From: Frateuria defendens
Lineage (GTDB): Bacteria > Pseudomonadota > Gammaproteobacteria > Xanthomonadales > Rhodanobacteraceae
Reading direction: 5' to 3'
Assembly (NCBI RefSeq): GCF_001182895.1
Contig: NZ_LFQR01000002.1
Location: forward strand, 1 to 24,000
DNA: 24,000 bases
Both the position numbers and the translations under genes were made by a program. Position 1 is the first letter of the stretch; every line of letters begins with the position of its first letter. The notes under the pieces are model-generated. The model worked only from the letters and a program-made list of their open reading frames with translations, ran no database searches and was not told where the DNA came from. This document shows positions 22,211 to 24,000 of this stretch, piece after piece.

Positions 22211-22711
22211 TCAGTCGTCGGGATCGGCGGCATCGTCCACATCGGCGCGGGTGACGCCGCGTACTGTGGCGGCGGGGAAGCCCCGGCGCAAGAGGAACTG
22301 CGCCCGGCGGGCGCGCTCGGCGGGGTCGGCAGCGCCCCCCGAACCGTAGCGGCGCCGCAATTGTGACGCGGCCAGCGCCCCCCAGTCGACTTCGGCGGCG
22401 TCCAGCAGGGCCCGGATGCGCGCACCGGACAGGCCGTGGCTCTTGAGCTCGGCCTGCAGGCGCAGGGGGCCGTAACCCTGAGCGGCGCGGTTGCGGATCA
22501 GCGCCTCGGCGAAGCGCTCATCGTCCTGGTAGTGCTGCTGGCCGAGGCGGTCCAGCGCGTCGCCGGCCTCCCCGTCCTCGTAGCCGCCCTGGCGCAGCTT
22601 CTGCCCCAGCTCGCGACGCGAATGCTCGCGCCGCGCCAGCAGGCGCAGCGCCTTGTCGTAGGCACTGGCCTTGGGTTTATCCTCGCCTGAGCGGTCGCGC
22701 TGGCGTTTCAT
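22211..22711 (-). CDS. recX: Regulatory protein RecX
   Basis: [30 protein letters not shown]...[42 protein letters not shown]-like RecX repeats, between recA and alaS. Confidence 0.9.
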   Translation of the reverse strand: MKRQRDRSGEDKPKASAYDKALRLLARREHSRRELGQKLRQGGYEDGEAGDALDRLGQQHYQDDERFAEALIRNRAAQGYGPLRLQAELKSHGLSGARIRALLDAAEVDWGALAASQLRRRYGSGGAADPAERARRAQFLLRRGFPAATVRGVTRADVDDAADPDD

Positions 22712-22744
22712 ACGTACGATGGCCTGCGAACGATGACCTACTGT

Positions 22745-22847
22745 AAGAGCGCGCCTGCGCGCGACCGCTGTTCGCCGCGCGCCCAGGACGCCCAGAAGAA
22801 GCCAAGGTCAAGCAAGGTCAAGGGCGGTCGCGCGCAGGCGCGCTCCT
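22745..22847. repeat. REP/BIME-like inverted repeat pair in the recA-recX intergenic region
   Basis: Arm 1 AAGAGCGCGCCTGCGCGCGACC (22745-22766); arm 2 GGTCGCGCGCAGGCGCGCTCCT (22826-22847), reverse complement matching at 21/22 positions. Confidence 0.8.
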
Positions 22848-22860
22848 AATGCAGGGCGGC

Positions 22861-23895
<1,035 letters not shown>

Positions 23896-24000
23896 CGTAG
23901 GAGTCTCGTGTGCGGTGAATGGGGCGCATCGTGCCCGGGCTGCGTCTCACGGGCTGCGATGCGGTAAAGCAGGCGATCAGTATCCCACACCGGTCAAGCT

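Noticed and set aside
23896-24000. LexA/SOS box upstream of recA
   Set aside because: Expected biologically, but I could not identify a convincing palindromic box in the 105 nt available.

Overview
High-GC gammaproteobacterial chromosome segment whose proteins and gene order look Xanthomonadales/Rhodanobacteraceae-like. Main content: (1) a secreted S53 (sedolisin/kumamolisin) peptidase; (2) a respiratory formate dehydrogenase operon (alpha, beta, gamma, fdhE). Its alpha subunit is a selenoprotein split by the ORF track at an in-frame UGA (2854-2856), with a bacterial SECIS hairpin directly downstream; (3) a YraQ-like permease; (4) a lower-GC insert of about 3.5 kb carrying a C5-cytosine DNA methyltransferase convergent with a Vsr endonuclease and a large GHKL ATPase/PD-(D/E)XK nuclease, read as a restriction-modification or defense module; (5) the selenocysteine machinery selA-selB-tRNASec(selC), with selD convergent to it; (6) the conserved backbone block tRNA-Ser(GCT), csrA, alaS, recX, recA. 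Best non-routine items are the complete, compact Sec module with its own selenoprotein client, and the Vsr/MTase/GHKL-nuclease module sitting between client and machinery. No CRISPR array, rRNA, transposase or integrase was recognised. All family calls come from motif reading, not database searches.
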